Of a stretch of DNA of 64,000 nt, positions 8,943 to 23,783 are shown piece by piece; position 1 is the stretch's first letter, and each line of letters opens with the position of its first letter. A program made the translations under genes and the position numbers. The DNA is from Bacillus subtilis subsp. subtilis str. 168 (GTDB taxonomy: Bacteria > Bacillota > Bacilli > Bacillales > Bacillaceae), in contig NC_000964.3 of assembly GCF_000009045.1 (NCBI RefSeq), forward strand, positions 3,534,001-3,598,000. Direction: 5' to 3'. The notes beneath the pieces were generated by a model. It had not been told where the DNA came from, made no database searches, and was given only the letters and a program-made list of their open reading frames with translations.

Positions 8943-10286
8943 TTAACGAGATGGCGGGATGCTTTGCGGAAAACGAAATACATTTTCGGGGTCATATTTC
9001 GCCTTTATTTCTCGAAGCCGCGCAAAGTTTGCGCCATAATATTCTTTTCCGAAGTTTTCAATGTTTTGATCTGGAACATTAACATATGAACCTGCTACAT
9101 ATGGTTGCATCAGCTGACGCACTCTTTCAACTGATGCAAGATTTGAATCTTCTTGTGATTTATTTTTCCAACTAGCCGTCCATTCCGTATAAAATAATGG
9201 ATGGCGCCAAAAAAAGGCAGTTTCGTCTTTAGGGACTCTGCTTATAGCACCACCCCAATTGATAAAAAAGAAATTGGCTTCTGTTCCAGTAGCATCTTCC
9301 AAAAATTTTCTCATGATTGAAATGGGTTCGTCAGACCAAAAATCATGACCCCATGCCGAGGAGAATTTAACACTCTGATCATTTCTGCCAGGGATGGGTT
9401 CGTCAGGGTCTAAGAAATCTATAGCATCTGGATAGTATAATGTTTTGATATCTGCTTCTGTTGGAGTTCCCGCATGTAATAAAGGTTTTAATAATCGAAT
9501 CAATTCAGTTTTCGAACCGAGGAAAATTCCTTCTGCATGACACAAACCATTTATTTTGCTGTAAATTTCAAGGTAGCATCCTAATCGTTCATCTACAAAC
9601 GGAGCCCATTTCTGCCAAGCTTTAAATACCGTTTCTAATTGTTCCCACGGCCAGATAATATTGAAGACGGTTGCAGTTTTAGGGGCACGATGAACTTTGA
9701 ATGTATATTGGGTATTATATCCAAAGTTACCTCCTCCTCCGCCTCTAGAAGCCCATAGCAAATCCTCATTGTGAGATTGATCTGCGTGAATAATCCTTCC
9801 TTTTGCATCTACCGTTTTCAGCGCGAGAAGGTTATCACTTATAAGGCCAATCGATCGTGAGAGTACACCAAATCCGCCGCCCATCGTAATTCCCCCGATT
9901 CCAACTGTTGGGCTATCTCCAAACGGAGCCATAAAACCGTCTCGAGCTAATCCCTTTACAAGCGGGCCAACGGGAATACCAGTTTGAACGGTTGCAATAG
10001 CGTTTTCTTCATCTAAGAAAACTTTATTCATGTCACTCACATCAATAACAATTCCTCCACTTACTACTGAAAGGTTCTTATCTAAAGCATGGCGACCGCT
10101 TCTGACACGTAAGGGCACTTTATTCTCACGAGCCCATTTAATGGCATTACTTACATCGTATGAATTTTGCGCAAAAACAAAGACAAGAGGATAGACATCC
10201 ACATAAGGGTTCCAATTCTTAATAGCCTCTGTATAGCCGGGGTCTCCTTTGAAGATTACACGCCCTGTCAACTGTGTTGATCCCAT
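8943..10286 (-). CDS. cotQ: FAD-linked oxidoreductase (BBE/VAO family), spore coat protein
   Basis: RSGRH flavinylation motif, GIGGITMGGG, and C-terminal BBE YVN...KYDPENVF; 447 aa (yvdP). Confidence 0.9.
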   Translation of the reverse strand: MGSTQLTGRVIFKGDPGYTEAIKNWNPYVDVYPLVFVFAQNSYDVSNAIKWARENKVPLRVRSGRHALDKNLSVVSGGIVIDVSDMNKVFLDEENAIATVQTGIPVGPLVKGLARDGFMAPFGDSPTVGIGGITMGGGFGVLSRSIGLISDNLLALKTVDAKGRIIHADQSHNEDLLWASRGGGGGNFGYNTQYTFKVHRAPKTATVFNIIWPWEQLETVFKAWQKWAPFVDERLGCYLEIYSKINGLCHAEGIFLGSKTELIRLLKPLLHAGTPTEADIKTLYYPDAIDFLDPDEPIPGRNDQSVKFSSAWGHDFWSDEPISIMRKFLEDATGTEANFFFINWGGAISRVPKDETAFFWRHPLFYTEWTASWKNKSQEDSNLASVERVRQLMQPYVAGSYVNVPDQNIENFGKEYYGANFARLREIKAKYDPENVFRFPQSIPPSR

Positions 10287-10586
10287 ATATTATTTCACTC
10301 CCAAAGAAATTCGATTCAGATACTAAAATATGCAGGAGCTGGATAATCGCATAGACAAATGATCTACGAACTATAAATATAATACGCTAAGGCCTTTTTC
10401 GTCGGTGAGGTCTGCTGAGAAACATTTTTCAAACAATTTTGAGCAAACTTCCTGTCCAATCCTCCAACAAGCGTTTTTTCTTATCGTTTTTAGGAGCAGT
10501 GTCCAGTTTTTTTCGGAGTGAATATTCGTTTAGGCCAAAAGAAAAGAGAGATGAAGAAGTGTTTAGTACCAGAGGTATACATCCAT

Positions 10587-10614
10587 ACAACAGACTCTAG
10601 ATCATCATATACTG
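10587..10614 (+). promoter_or_regulatory. SigK-type promoter of cotR
   Basis: AC-N17-CATATACTG. Confidence 0.6.
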
Positions 10615-10641
10615 AATGTATGTAGAAAGGAGACATCAGCT

Positions 10642-11604
10642 TTGGCAAAATATCGGATTATGACCTTTGACGGCGGCGGTACCTTAGGTGCTTTAAGTTT
10701 ACAACTATTAAACAGATTGGCTAGGCAAAACCCGAAGTTAATTAGTCGAACCCATGTATTTTCGGGAAATTCAATCGGTTCATTTACTGCCCTTGCATTA
10801 GCAAGCGGAAGATCTCCGAGGGAAACACTTCAGTATTTTGAGGATGAAATCCTACCCGCATTCAGCATTTCCCGGCCAGGCGGACCTGTTTTCAACCAAC
10901 AATTACCCTATTCCGGTTTTATTAAAGCGGTAAGAAATTTTTTCCCAGCAGATCTTCAACTTATAGATTTAAGAAAACGAATTGTTGTCCCATCATTCAA
11001 ATTATACTCTCAAAAACTGGACCGTTGGACTCCTGTCTTATTTCACAATTTTCCCGGCTCTCCCTATTTAAATGAAAAAGTGAGTGATGTCATACTGCGG
11101 AGCAGCGGTGCTCCCGCGACGCAACGCGCCTATCAAAACTATGTGGACGGATATGTAGTAGCAACGAATCCCAGTACAGCCAGTATCGCGTTTGCAGTTG
11201 GTAAAGCCAACGTGCCATTGGATCAAATTGCGGTATTGTCCATCGGAACAGGTGAAGCCCCGACTCGGTTAAGAAGAGATACGAGGGGATGGGGAATGGT
11301 AAGTGCAGATAACATACGTCCCGAAAATCTGAAGAACCTTCCTCCAAATTGGGGAGTCCTTTTGGACAGGTCGCCTAATGAACCTTTACTGCCATTTCTT
11401 CAGATGATTGCTGGCGGTAATGGGTACTATGAATCCATGGTCAGTGCGAATCTTCTGGGAGATCGTTTTTTCCGGTTAGATCCGCGGATTCCGAACTTCT
11501 CCAAAACGGACCCTGCCGTCGTTCCCGCTGTCATTGAAATTGCGAACAAAACAAACTTACAGCCTGCGAATCAATTTATAGAGAAGAACTGGGGGAGCAA
11601 ATAA
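10642..11604 (+). CDS. cotR: Patatin-like phospholipase, spore coat protein
   Basis: DGGG, GNSIG (GxSxG) and DGY motifs; TTG start after AAAGGAG; 320 aa (yvdO). Confidence 0.88.
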   Translation: MAKYRIMTFDGGGTLGALSLQLLNRLARQNPKLISRTHVFSGNSIGSFTALALASGRSPRETLQYFEDEILPAFSISRPGGPVFNQQLPYSGFIKAVRNFFPADLQLIDLRKRIVVPSFKLYSQKLDRWTPVLFHNFPGSPYLNEKVSDVILRSSGAPATQRAYQNYVDGYVVATNPSTASIAFAVGKANVPLDQIAVLSIGTGEAPTRLRRDTRGWGMVSADNIRPENLKNLPPNWGVLLDRSPNEPLLPFLQMIAGGNGYYESMVSANLLGDRFFRLDPRIPNFSKTDPAVVPAVIEIANKTNLQPANQFIEKNWGSK

Positions 11605-11830
11605 TTATTTATTTTAAATCAATTCTCGCTTATACAATTTTGTCCGAGAGAAGATTCTCAAAATAAATACAGGCAATGGGTAGAACCGGATTTTTTTAAA
11701 GGTTTGTTAATCACAAGCTAATAAGATGAATGAAAAAATCAATTCATACTTCTTCTTTTGAAAGTGAGGGTTCAAACTAAAGAATGTAATTGAAATGTTA
11801 CTCTAAGGTATGCAATTCCCTTTTTCACAC

Positions 11831-11873
11831 AAAAAAAGACAAGAGCGGCAAATCGCCAAACCCTTGTCTTTCC
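11831..11873 (-). terminator. tRNA-Arg terminator
   Basis: AAAGACAAGGG...CTCTTGTCTTTTTTT on the minus strand. Confidence 0.8.
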
Positions 11874-11888
11874 TGTTGTTCTATTGGA

Positions 11889-11964
11889 CGCGCTCGGAGG
11901 GATTCGAACCCCCGACAGACGTGGTACCGGAAACCACCGCTCTATCCAACTGAGCTACGAGCGC
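11889..11964 (-). tRNA. trnQ-Arg: tRNA-Arg (anticodon CCG)
   Basis: Cloverleaf: acceptor GCGCTCG/CGAGCGC, D-arm GCTC/GAGC, anticodon loop TTCCGGT, T-loop TTCGAAT; 76 nt to the discriminator; CCA not encoded in register. Confidence 0.96.
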
Positions 11965-11999
11965 ATATAGACTGCGTTATGAGAACGTCAGCACAACTA

Positions 12000-12028
12000 A
12001 TTATACGATAATTCCTTTCAAATAACAA
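12000..12028 (-). promoter_or_regulatory. SigA promoter of the tRNA gene
   Basis: TTGTTA-N17-TATAAT. Confidence 0.7.
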
Positions 12029-12095
12029 CCCTCTATTTCGAGAGGCCGTTTTTTAAATAGACAAAGCATCTTAATTGGCAATCTGACATACGATG

Positions 12096-12122
12096 GTTTG
12101 AACCCCTGTATTTTTGGGGAAA
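12096..12122 (+). promoter_or_regulatory. SigB promoter of clpP
   Basis: GTTTGA-N14/15-GGGGAA/GGGAAA. Confidence 0.75.
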
Positions 12123-12164
12123 ATGGGAAAAAGAGACGACTTTGCATATCAGGCCAGCTTTTTG

Positions 12165-12194
12165 TTTGACCTTTATTGACCAAAAATGTATCAT
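12165..12194 (+). promoter_or_regulatory. SigA promoter of clpP overlapped by a CtsR box
   Basis: TTGACC-N17-TATCAT; minus-strand GGTCAAT-AAA-GGTCAAA heptad repeat at 12165-12181. Confidence 0.88.
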
Positions 12195-12233
12195 GTAACT
12201 ACATACTTACCTAAAAGGTGAAGGAGGAGCATT

Positions 12234-12827
12234 ATGAATTTAATACCTACAGTCATTGAACAAACGAACCGCGGGGAAAGAGCGTATGACATTTATTCTC
12301 GTCTATTAAAGGATCGTATCATCATGCTTGGATCTGCGATTGATGACAACGTTGCGAACTCCATCGTGTCACAGCTTTTATTCTTAGCAGCAGAAGACCC
12401 TGAAAAAGAAATTTCTCTTTACATCAACAGCCCGGGCGGCTCTATTACAGCCGGTATGGCGATCTATGATACCATGCAGTTTATTAAGCCGAAGGTATCT
12501 ACAATTTGTATCGGTATGGCTGCGTCAATGGGCGCGTTCCTGCTTGCAGCCGGCGAAAAAGGCAAACGCTATGCGCTTCCAAACAGTGAAGTCATGATTC
12601 ACCAGCCTCTTGGCGGTGCGCAAGGTCAAGCGACAGAAATTGAAATTGCTGCGAAACGCATTCTCTTGCTTCGCGACAAATTAAACAAAGTCCTAGCTGA
12701 ACGTACTGGCCAGCCGCTTGAAGTGATCGAACGCGACACAGACCGTGATAACTTCAAGTCTGCTGAAGAAGCGCTTGAATACGGCCTGATTGACAAAATT
12801 TTGACTCACACAGAAGACAAAAAGTAA
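12234..12827 (+). CDS. clpP: ATP-dependent Clp protease proteolytic subunit
   Basis: YINSPGG, AASMG and MIHQP motifs; 197 aa. Confidence 0.99.
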   Translation: MNLIPTVIEQTNRGERAYDIYSRLLKDRIIMLGSAIDDNVANSIVSQLLFLAAEDPEKEISLYINSPGGSITAGMAIYDTMQFIKPKVSTICIGMAASMGAFLLAAGEKGKRYALPNSEVMIHQPLGGAQGQATEIEIAAKRILLLRDKLNKVLAERTGQPLEVIERDTDRDNFKSAEEALEYGLIDKILTHTEDKK

Positions 12828-12833
12828 TAACAC

Positions 12834-12868
12834 AACCTGCAAGAGCTGCGTCTCTTGCAGGTTTTTTT
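12834..12868 (+). terminator. Terminator between clpP and pgcM
   Basis: AACCTGCAAGAG-CTGCGT-CTCTTGCAGGTTTTTTT. Confidence 0.88.
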
Positions 12869-12872
12869 CATT

Positions 12873-17478
<4,606 letters not shown>

Positions 17479-17501
<23 letters not shown>

Positions 17502-18363
17502 CATTTCCTCCCGAATGTAAGTTTCCATTATCACGGCGGGTTTTGGTCAAATATCTAAATGCAAAAGAGATCATCAAAGTAACGCCACACGAATGGATCA
17601 TCAATACAGTAATCAAATCAAAATGAACCATGCCGATAGCAGCTGCCGCAAATGCCGGCAGTGCTGATGCGCAAATCGCTATAGAGGCCGCTTCCTTGAA
17701 TGATGCAATAGAGACCATGTTTGATATTTTTGTGATCCAGAGGCCACCTGCAAGAACAAACGTTAACAAAAGCTGGATCATAGAAACCACCGTATATGCC
17801 AGCATCATGATCATCGGCTTATACTGTGCCAACCACAATGTATCGATCAAGACCTCTACATCATGGACGTTTGGTTTCTCGAGCTTAACGTCCATTTTCG
17901 CATAGCCAACAGAAAACCCCGTTTCGTTTTGATCGGTGATCACCAGTTGATCAGGTTGAAATATGATGGCGTTTTCAAATCCAGTTACTTTCAATCGCCC
18001 ATTTTCACCGCTTGTCTCATATTCATGCTTCATATCGACTGCCATCACATTCTGCCCATCTTCAATCCTCTCAGAGCTCTTCCCGCCTGTTAGTTTTCCG
18101 TTCCTGATTTGAAAACCCTGCAATTGATCAGCAAATTGATCATTAACTCCTTGAATCGCTGACGGCATGAAAGATGAAACGCTGAAGCGATCCATTTTCA
18201 CAAACGAAACCGCTAACGGCGCCATTAAGCAGGCCGTTAAAAACAGAAAGAGAAAAGAGAGCTGCAGCCAGCTGAAGGTATTCCCATAGCGGCAAACACC
18301 TGATGGGGATGCAGCCGCCTTCAGGCAGCGGATGATAAAGCTTTTATTCTCCAGATTCTTCAT
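17479..18363 (-). CDS. yvdJ: Maltodextrin utilisation membrane protein (MalA-like)
   Basis: One N-terminal TM segment, a soluble loop and several C-terminal TM segments; located in the mdx operon. Confidence 0.8.
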
Positions 18364-18368
18364 TGGCA

Positions 18369-19205
18369 TTACCCCTTTGTTCCGCCGGCTGTCAAACCGG
18401 ACACAAAGTTCTTTTGGAGAAAAAAGAATAGAACGCATATCGGCAGTGCGGCTAGTATGGCACCGGCTGCAAATAGAGCTACTTTTTGCTGCTGCGGATT
18501 AGAAATAAAGGATTGTAATCCTACAGCGATGGTCAGCCTTTCCGGTGAGCGAAGCAGAAATTTCGTCAGCAAATAGTCGCCAAACGGTGCCATAAACGCC
18601 CAAAGCGCTTGTACCGCGAGCATTGGCTTAACAAGCGGTAGAACAATTGAAGCGAAAATCCTCAGATGTCCCGCTCCGTCAATTCGCGCGGCTTCATCAA
18701 TTTCTCTCGGCACAGTATCAAAATAACCTTTCATCAGCCACGTGTTCATCGGAATTCCGCCGCCGATATAGATCGCTGTTAAAAACCAGTATTGATCGAG
18801 TGCGCCTATTAGCATCGCCAAGACATAAAAAGCAGTCAGCGCCGCCATTGTCGGCACCATTTGAATGATTAAAAAGAATATCAGGCTCTTTTTTCTGCCT
18901 GCAAACCGATAGCGGCTGTACGAGTACCCGGCAAGTGTCACAATCGTAACCTGCAAAACCATGACCGATAGCGCGATGACAAGTGTATTGCTGTACCAAT
19001 TGAGATAAAGCGTTTCGTCAAATAGCCGCTTAAAATGATCCAATGTCCAAGAACCCGAAAAATCGAGCTGAAAAGCCGCCGAATTCCCCACACGGAAGGC
19101 TGATGATGCCGTAATCAGCAACGGATATATAATGACAATACTTAAAAGCGTCAAAAATAAATACGTACAGATTTTATTAAGCATTCTGGCAGTGCTCGCG
19201 TTCAC
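18369..19205 (-). CDS. mdxG: Maltodextrin ABC permease (MalG-like)
   Basis: EAA motif [11 protein letters not shown]. Confidence 0.92.
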   Translation of the reverse strand: MNASTARMLNKICTYLFLTLLSIVIIYPLLITASSAFRVGNSAAFQLDFSGSWTLDHFKRLFDETLYLNWYSNTLVIALSVMVLQVTIVTLAGYSYSRYRFAGRKKSLIFFLIIQMVPTMAALTAFYVLAMLIGALDQYWFLTAIYIGGGIPMNTWLMKGYFDTVPREIDEAARIDGAGHLRIFASIVLPLVKPMLAVQALWAFMAPFGDYLLTKFLLRSPERLTIAVGLQSFISNPQQQKVALFAAGAILAALPICVLFFFLQKNFVSGLTAGGTKG

Positions 19206-20513
19206 CTACATAACCTCCTCATTGCCAAAAGCATTCGATTTTTTGAAAGCAATCAGTGAAATTCCAATGACAATGAAAGAAATTAACAGTGTCACAGCCG
19301 CCGCAACGGAATATTGGGGTGATGTGCCTGTTGTCAGTTTATAAATCCACGAAATTAAGATATCGGTCGATCCGGCCCCGGCTCCCGCACTGCCTGGCCC
19401 TCCCTCATTAAATAAATAGATGATCGAGAAATTATTGAAATTAAACGTATACTGAGTAATCATCACGGGTGCTGTGGCAAATAAAATCATCGGGAATGTA
19501 ATATGCCGAAAACGCTGAATAAAAGTGGCCCCGTCAATCTTTGCCGCTTCATACAATTCACCTGGAATCGCCTGAAGCACTCCCGTTACCATGACATATA
19601 TATATGGAAAGCCGAGCCACGTTTGAATCATAATGAGGGCTGTCTTTGTCCAGAAAGGATCGGTCTTCCACGCGATCGCAGGCAGCTCGACAAACGGCAG
19701 GTGATTGAATAATGGTATCACCTGTGCATTCACCGCTCCTATGCTGTCGTTAAACATGTTGGAAAAACTCATGATTGTAATAAACGCCGGAACAGCCCAT
19801 GGAAATAAGAAAATCATTCGAAATATCCGCTTGCCTTTTATAAAATCCTGATTGACGAAAAGTGCCGTCACAATACCTAAAATGATTTGCAGCGTTGTTG
19901 CACAGATTGTCCAGATAACCGTCCAGCCCAGTACATTCACAAATGTTTCACGATAGGAGCCAAGGAAAAAAATATTTAAGAAATTTTTAAACCCGACCCA
20001 GTCAATCAGACGATTAGGCGGAATATGATAAAAATCATAGTTTGTTAATGCAACAAACAGAGTCACCAAAACCGGAAAAATAATCACAAACACCATCATG
20101 ATATATGCCGGCAGTGTAAATAGATACGGAAAACCTTTATCGCCCGCATGACAGATCATATCCTTGGCTGTTGTATTGACTTCCAAACCCGCCGCTTTCA
20201 TAGCGGCGGTCTTACGTGAATCATGAATATTAAAGATATAGAACATGAGGAAAATCATTGTCACGATCAATTGCAGCGTGCCTTCAATCAGCATAAACAG
20301 CGAGTGATCTTCACCGGGAACACTTCCCAATGTCATCAATCCGGTTAGCGCCTGTATACCGAAAACGCATAATTCAAAAGCAAACAAGCCTGTGATGGCA
20401 AGAAATAAGAGCCCCTTTGACAACTGCTGATTCGCAATCTGCCCAAGTCCTGGAATGATCGATAAAAGCCCTGCCTTTCGTTTTTGCTTTGTAAGTGTGT
20501 GATGTTTATTCAT
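19206..20513 (-). CDS. mdxF: Maltodextrin ABC permease (MalF-like)
   Basis: EAA motif LYEAAKIDGA. Confidence 0.92.
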   Translation of the reverse strand: MNKHHTLTKQKRKAGLLSIIPGLGQIANQQLSKGLLFLAITGLFAFELCVFGIQALTGLMTLGSVPGEDHSLFMLIEGTLQLIVTMIFLMFYIFNIHDSRKTAAMKAAGLEVNTTAKDMICHAGDKGFPYLFTLPAYIMMVFVIIFPVLVTLFVALTNYDFYHIPPNRLIDWVGFKNFLNIFFLGSYRETFVNVLGWTVIWTICATTLQIILGIVTALFVNQDFIKGKRIFRMIFLFPWAVPAFITIMSFSNMFNDSIGAVNAQVIPLFNHLPFVELPAIAWKTDPFWTKTALIMIQTWLGFPYIYVMVTGVLQAIPGELYEAAKIDGATFIQRFRHITFPMILFATAPVMITQYTFNFNNFSIIYLFNEGGPGSAGAGAGSTDILISWIYKLTTGTSPQYSVAAAVTLLISFIVIGISLIAFKKSNAFGNEEVM

Positions 20514-20552
20514 TTTTCCGCCCTCTATTCTTCCGGACGCTATCCCGCCGTT

Positions 20553-21806
20553 TTATTTCACATACTTTTCTTTAATATTTTCCTTTATGACGTTTACAGC
20601 ATCATTCGCTGATGTTTGTGTCGATTTTTTTCCTGAAGCTGCATCAAAAATTAAACTTTCCGCTCCTGTCCATACTTCAGCCATTTCCGGAATATTTGGA
20701 GTCGGCGTTGCTGTTTCATATTGTTTAATCACAGCTGACGTCAGTTCATTCTTTTGCTCATCGGCTTTCTTCCTTGCAGCCGTGTTGGCCGGAACTTCGT
20801 TTGTATCCTCATAAAAAGCGTAAGCATTGGCATCATTTGCAGCATACTCAAGCCATTTTTCAGCCAGCTCGGGCTCTTTTGTATATTTCGAGGCAACCCA
20901 GCCCTTCCCGCCAGCAAAAGGGGCGTATTCTTCTCCATTTGGCAATGTCGGAATGGGAGCCGCTCCGTAGTTCAATTTAGCCTCTTTATAGTTGGCAGCT
21001 GACCAAGGACCGCCAATGATCGCAGCCGCTTTGCCTTCTAAAAACATCTGCTGAATAAAGTCGTCTGCGCTTGAATTGTCTTGCATTCCTTTCGGCCAAT
21101 ATGTCTCAAACCATTTCTCCGCATATTTCACCGCTTCTACAGCCCCTTTATTGTTCAGGCCGATGTCCCCGGAATCTGTGCCGTTTTTTCCAAACACATA
21201 TCCGCCGTATCCAGCCAATAAGCCGTACGACATATAAAAGTCAGTCCATTTTGCTAAAAATCCGGTTGATTTTCCTTTTTCCGAAGCAAACGCGAATCGA
21301 GGATCTTCCGTTAACTTTTCAAGGTCTTTAAATGTTTTTGGCGCTGTTTTTAAAAGATCTTTGTTGTAATACAAAATAAGTGTCTCAATGACTAGCGGCA
21401 TTCCGTACACTTTGCCGTCAACTGTCACCTGCTGCATTTCTTTATCACCAAAGCTTTTTGTGTTAGATGGCTTAATATCAAGTAAATGTCCTTGTTGTCC
21501 CAAACCGCCGATCCGGTCATATGCAGCAAGCATAACATCAGGCGCATTACCCGCCGGGCCATCAAGAGGAAGCGCTTCTAACTGTTCGAACATTTGCTTT
21601 TCAACAATTTTTACTGTGACATCATTTTCTTTTTCGAACTTTGTTTTTATGCTTTCAATGTATTCTTTATACGTTTCTTCGACAGACACAGTCAGCACCT
21701 TTTTGCCATCAGAGCTTGCTGGATTTTTTGAACTTGAGCAGGCGGCAAGGCCGATTGCCAGGAATGATGCCGCCAATATGGCGAACCCCTTTTTTAAAAG
21801 AACCAT
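20553..21806 (-). CDS. mdxE: Maltodextrin-binding lipoprotein
   Basis: Lipobox LAAC; MalE-like PDV, YYNKDL and PNIPEMAEVW. Confidence 0.93.
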   Translation of the reverse strand: MVLLKKGFAILAASFLAIGLAACSSSKNPASSDGKKVLTVSVEETYKEYIESIKTKFEKENDVTVKIVEKQMFEQLEALPLDGPAGNAPDVMLAAYDRIGGLGQQGHLLDIKPSNTKSFGDKEMQQVTVDGKVYGMPLVIETLILYYNKDLLKTAPKTFKDLEKLTEDPRFAFASEKGKSTGFLAKWTDFYMSYGLLAGYGGYVFGKNGTDSGDIGLNNKGAVEAVKYAEKWFETYWPKGMQDNSSADDFIQQMFLEGKAAAIIGGPWSAANYKEAKLNYGAAPIPTLPNGEEYAPFAGGKGWVASKYTKEPELAEKWLEYAANDANAYAFYEDTNEVPANTAARKKADEQKNELTSAVIKQYETATPTPNIPEMAEVWTGAESLIFDAASGKKSTQTSANDAVNVIKENIKEKYVK

Positions 21807-21855
21807 CTCTTTTCCTCCTTCTATTTACGAAACTATAACAATTGTATTGTCCTAT

Positions 21856-21869
21856 AGAAAGCGGTTACA
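21856..21869 (-). promoter_or_regulatory. cre site (CcpA) upstream of mdxE
   Basis: TGTAACCGCTTTCT. Confidence 0.75.
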
Positions 21870-21882
21870 ACAACTTTCGATT

Positions 21883-21900
21883 TGTTACCGATAACAGAAT
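21883..21900. promoter_or_regulatory. Putative MdxR operator upstream of mdxE
   Basis: TGTTACCGATAACAGAAT, a LacI-type pseudo-palindrome identical to 23759-23776. Confidence 0.78.
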
Positions 21901-21901
21901 G

Positions 21902-23671
21902 TTATACAGGGGCGGCAGCACTCAAAATCAAAAATTCTCCCGGCTGAACGGCAATGACATCGTGATGCTGTAGCGGCTGCTCTGTCCATGCATCACAGAT
22001 TTTCTTATTCCTATCAATATTCAACTCTCGTAAACTGACGTGTTGAACCACATTCCCTTGATTAAAGAAATAAATCAGTATTTTTTCATCAAGAGTCCGC
22101 GAAAAGCTAATGAAATCATTTTTGTCGTCCAGCAGATTCCACTCAAGATGTCCTTCAGTCAATAAAGTGTTTTCCTGCTTGCGTAAAGCAATTAACCGTT
22201 TCATAAATTGCAGCATGTCTTGGTTTTGCTTCTCTTTTTCCCAAACCATACATTTCCGGCATAATGGATCATTTTCGCCGTTCAGCCCGATTTCCGTTCC
22301 GTAATAAATGCATGGTGAGCCTGTCTGGGCAAACATAAAGGCCAGCAACGCGCGTGCTTTCTTCTCATCATTGCGGCATCTGGTCAAAAGGCGCTTTGTA
22401 TCATGGCTATCCAGTAAATTAAACATCACCTCATTGGCCTGCTTCATTCCATTCATCAAATGTGCATTGACACGGTGAGCCATACGTGAAGCTGAGATCG
22501 TCTGGTCAGCAAAGTATTCAATCATAGGCTCTGTAAAAGGGTAATTCATCGCCGCATGAAATTCATCCCCTCTAAGCCAGGGTTCGGCAGAATGCCAGAT
22601 CTCACCTAAAATATAAACATCAGGCTTTTCAGTAGATACAGCCTGCCTAAATGTCTTCCAAAAAACGTGATCCACTTCATTTGCGACATCCAAACGCCAG
22701 CCGTCAATGTCAAATTCGCGAATCCAGTACAAAGCAATATCAAGCAAATATTTCTGCACCTCGGGATTAGCCGTGTTTAGCTTCGGCATATCAGCTGTAA
22801 AAGCAAATCTGTCATAATTGTCGTCTGTGACGGGAAAAGAGTGAATATGGAACCAGTCCTTATAGCGGGATTGATCTCCGTTTTTGACGACATCCTGCCA
22901 TTGCGGAGACGCGCTTCCTATATGGTTAAAAACCGCATCAAGCATAATTCTCATCCCCCGCTGATGCAGCTGGCTGACCAATGTACGAAAAAGCTCAGGA
23001 TCCCCGAAATGCGGATCAATAGAAAAGTAATCCAGCGTGTCGTATTTATGATTAGAAGGCGCGGAAAAGATCGGTGTCAGATAAATGCCGTTCACCCCTA
23101 AATCCTCTAAATAATCAAGCTTGTCAACAATTCCTTGTAAATCCCCTCCAAAAAAATCATTGACGTCCGGGTCCTTGCTCCCCCACGGCAATGCATTCTT
23201 CGGTGACAAGTCTTCTCTTCCATTTGCAAAACGCTCCGGAAAAATTTGATACCAAACCGTTGACTTGACCCATTCAGGCGCTTGAAATGTATCAGCCTCG
23301 TGAACAAACGGAAATTTAAAGTAATAATGAATCGTTTCCAGTGTTTTTTCGTTATAAGGGCATACACCCGAACTTCCGAAAAAGATGTCTTCATGATCGT
23401 CTGTTACAACAAACGCATATTGTAAACGCCTAAATGGCGGCACCACTTCAGCAAACCAATAGTCATGCATTTCTGTAGCAGCAATTTTCCTCATCGGCTG
23501 CTCGTTTGCCGACCATTTGCCGTCGTTGTACTCATAGGGATCACCCCAAATGAATCGAATGTGATCTGCATCACCTTTTTTCGTCCGAATCTTGATATGC
23601 ACAGTCCGCCCATCATAAGAATAAGCATCTGTGCTGAATGGCTGGTGATGAATCGCTGCATATTCCATCAT
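21902..23671 (-). CDS. mdxD: Maltogenic amylase/neopullulanase (GH13)
   Basis: WYQIFPERF, DAVFNH, GWRLDVANE and LLDSHD (yvdF). Confidence 0.93.
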   Translation of the reverse strand: MMEYAAIHHQPFSTDAYSYDGRTVHIKIRTKKGDADHIRFIWGDPYEYNDGKWSANEQPMRKIAATEMHDYWFAEVVPPFRRLQYAFVVTDDHEDIFFGSSGVCPYNEKTLETIHYYFKFPFVHEADTFQAPEWVKSTVWYQIFPERFANGREDLSPKNALPWGSKDPDVNDFFGGDLQGIVDKLDYLEDLGVNGIYLTPIFSAPSNHKYDTLDYFSIDPHFGDPELFRTLVSQLHQRGMRIMLDAVFNHIGSASPQWQDVVKNGDQSRYKDWFHIHSFPVTDDNYDRFAFTADMPKLNTANPEVQKYLLDIALYWIREFDIDGWRLDVANEVDHVFWKTFRQAVSTEKPDVYILGEIWHSAEPWLRGDEFHAAMNYPFTEPMIEYFADQTISASRMAHRVNAHLMNGMKQANEVMFNLLDSHDTKRLLTRCRNDEKKARALLAFMFAQTGSPCIYYGTEIGLNGENDPLCRKCMVWEKEKQNQDMLQFMKRLIALRKQENTLLTEGHLEWNLLDDKNDFISFSRTLDEKILIYFFNQGNVVQHVSLRELNIDRNKKICDAWTEQPLQHHDVIAVQPGEFLILSAAAPV

Positions 23672-23758
23672 GTTTCCCCCTTTGATTTCCGTTTTATTGA
23701 AGCCGGCTCATAGTTTGAAAGTATCATGATGAAATTGTGGGAACAATCCTTTTCACCC

Positions 23759-23776
23759 TGTTACCGATAACAGAAT
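23759..23776. promoter_or_regulatory. Putative MdxR operator upstream of mdxD
   Basis: TGTTACCGATAACAGAAT. Confidence 0.78.
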
Positions 23777-23783
23777 AAGGCGC

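Larger units (their letters stand above)
8896..11828. mobile_element. Integrase-less genomic islet at tRNA-Arg carrying cotQ and cotR
   Basis: Bounded by direct repeats of the tRNA 3' end; sampled GC about 38%; no recombinase gene inside. Confidence 0.6.

Noticed and set aside
10380-10560. Possible gene relic in the cotQ-cotR spacer
   Set aside because: The minus-strand frames I translated gave short, unrecognisable peptides.
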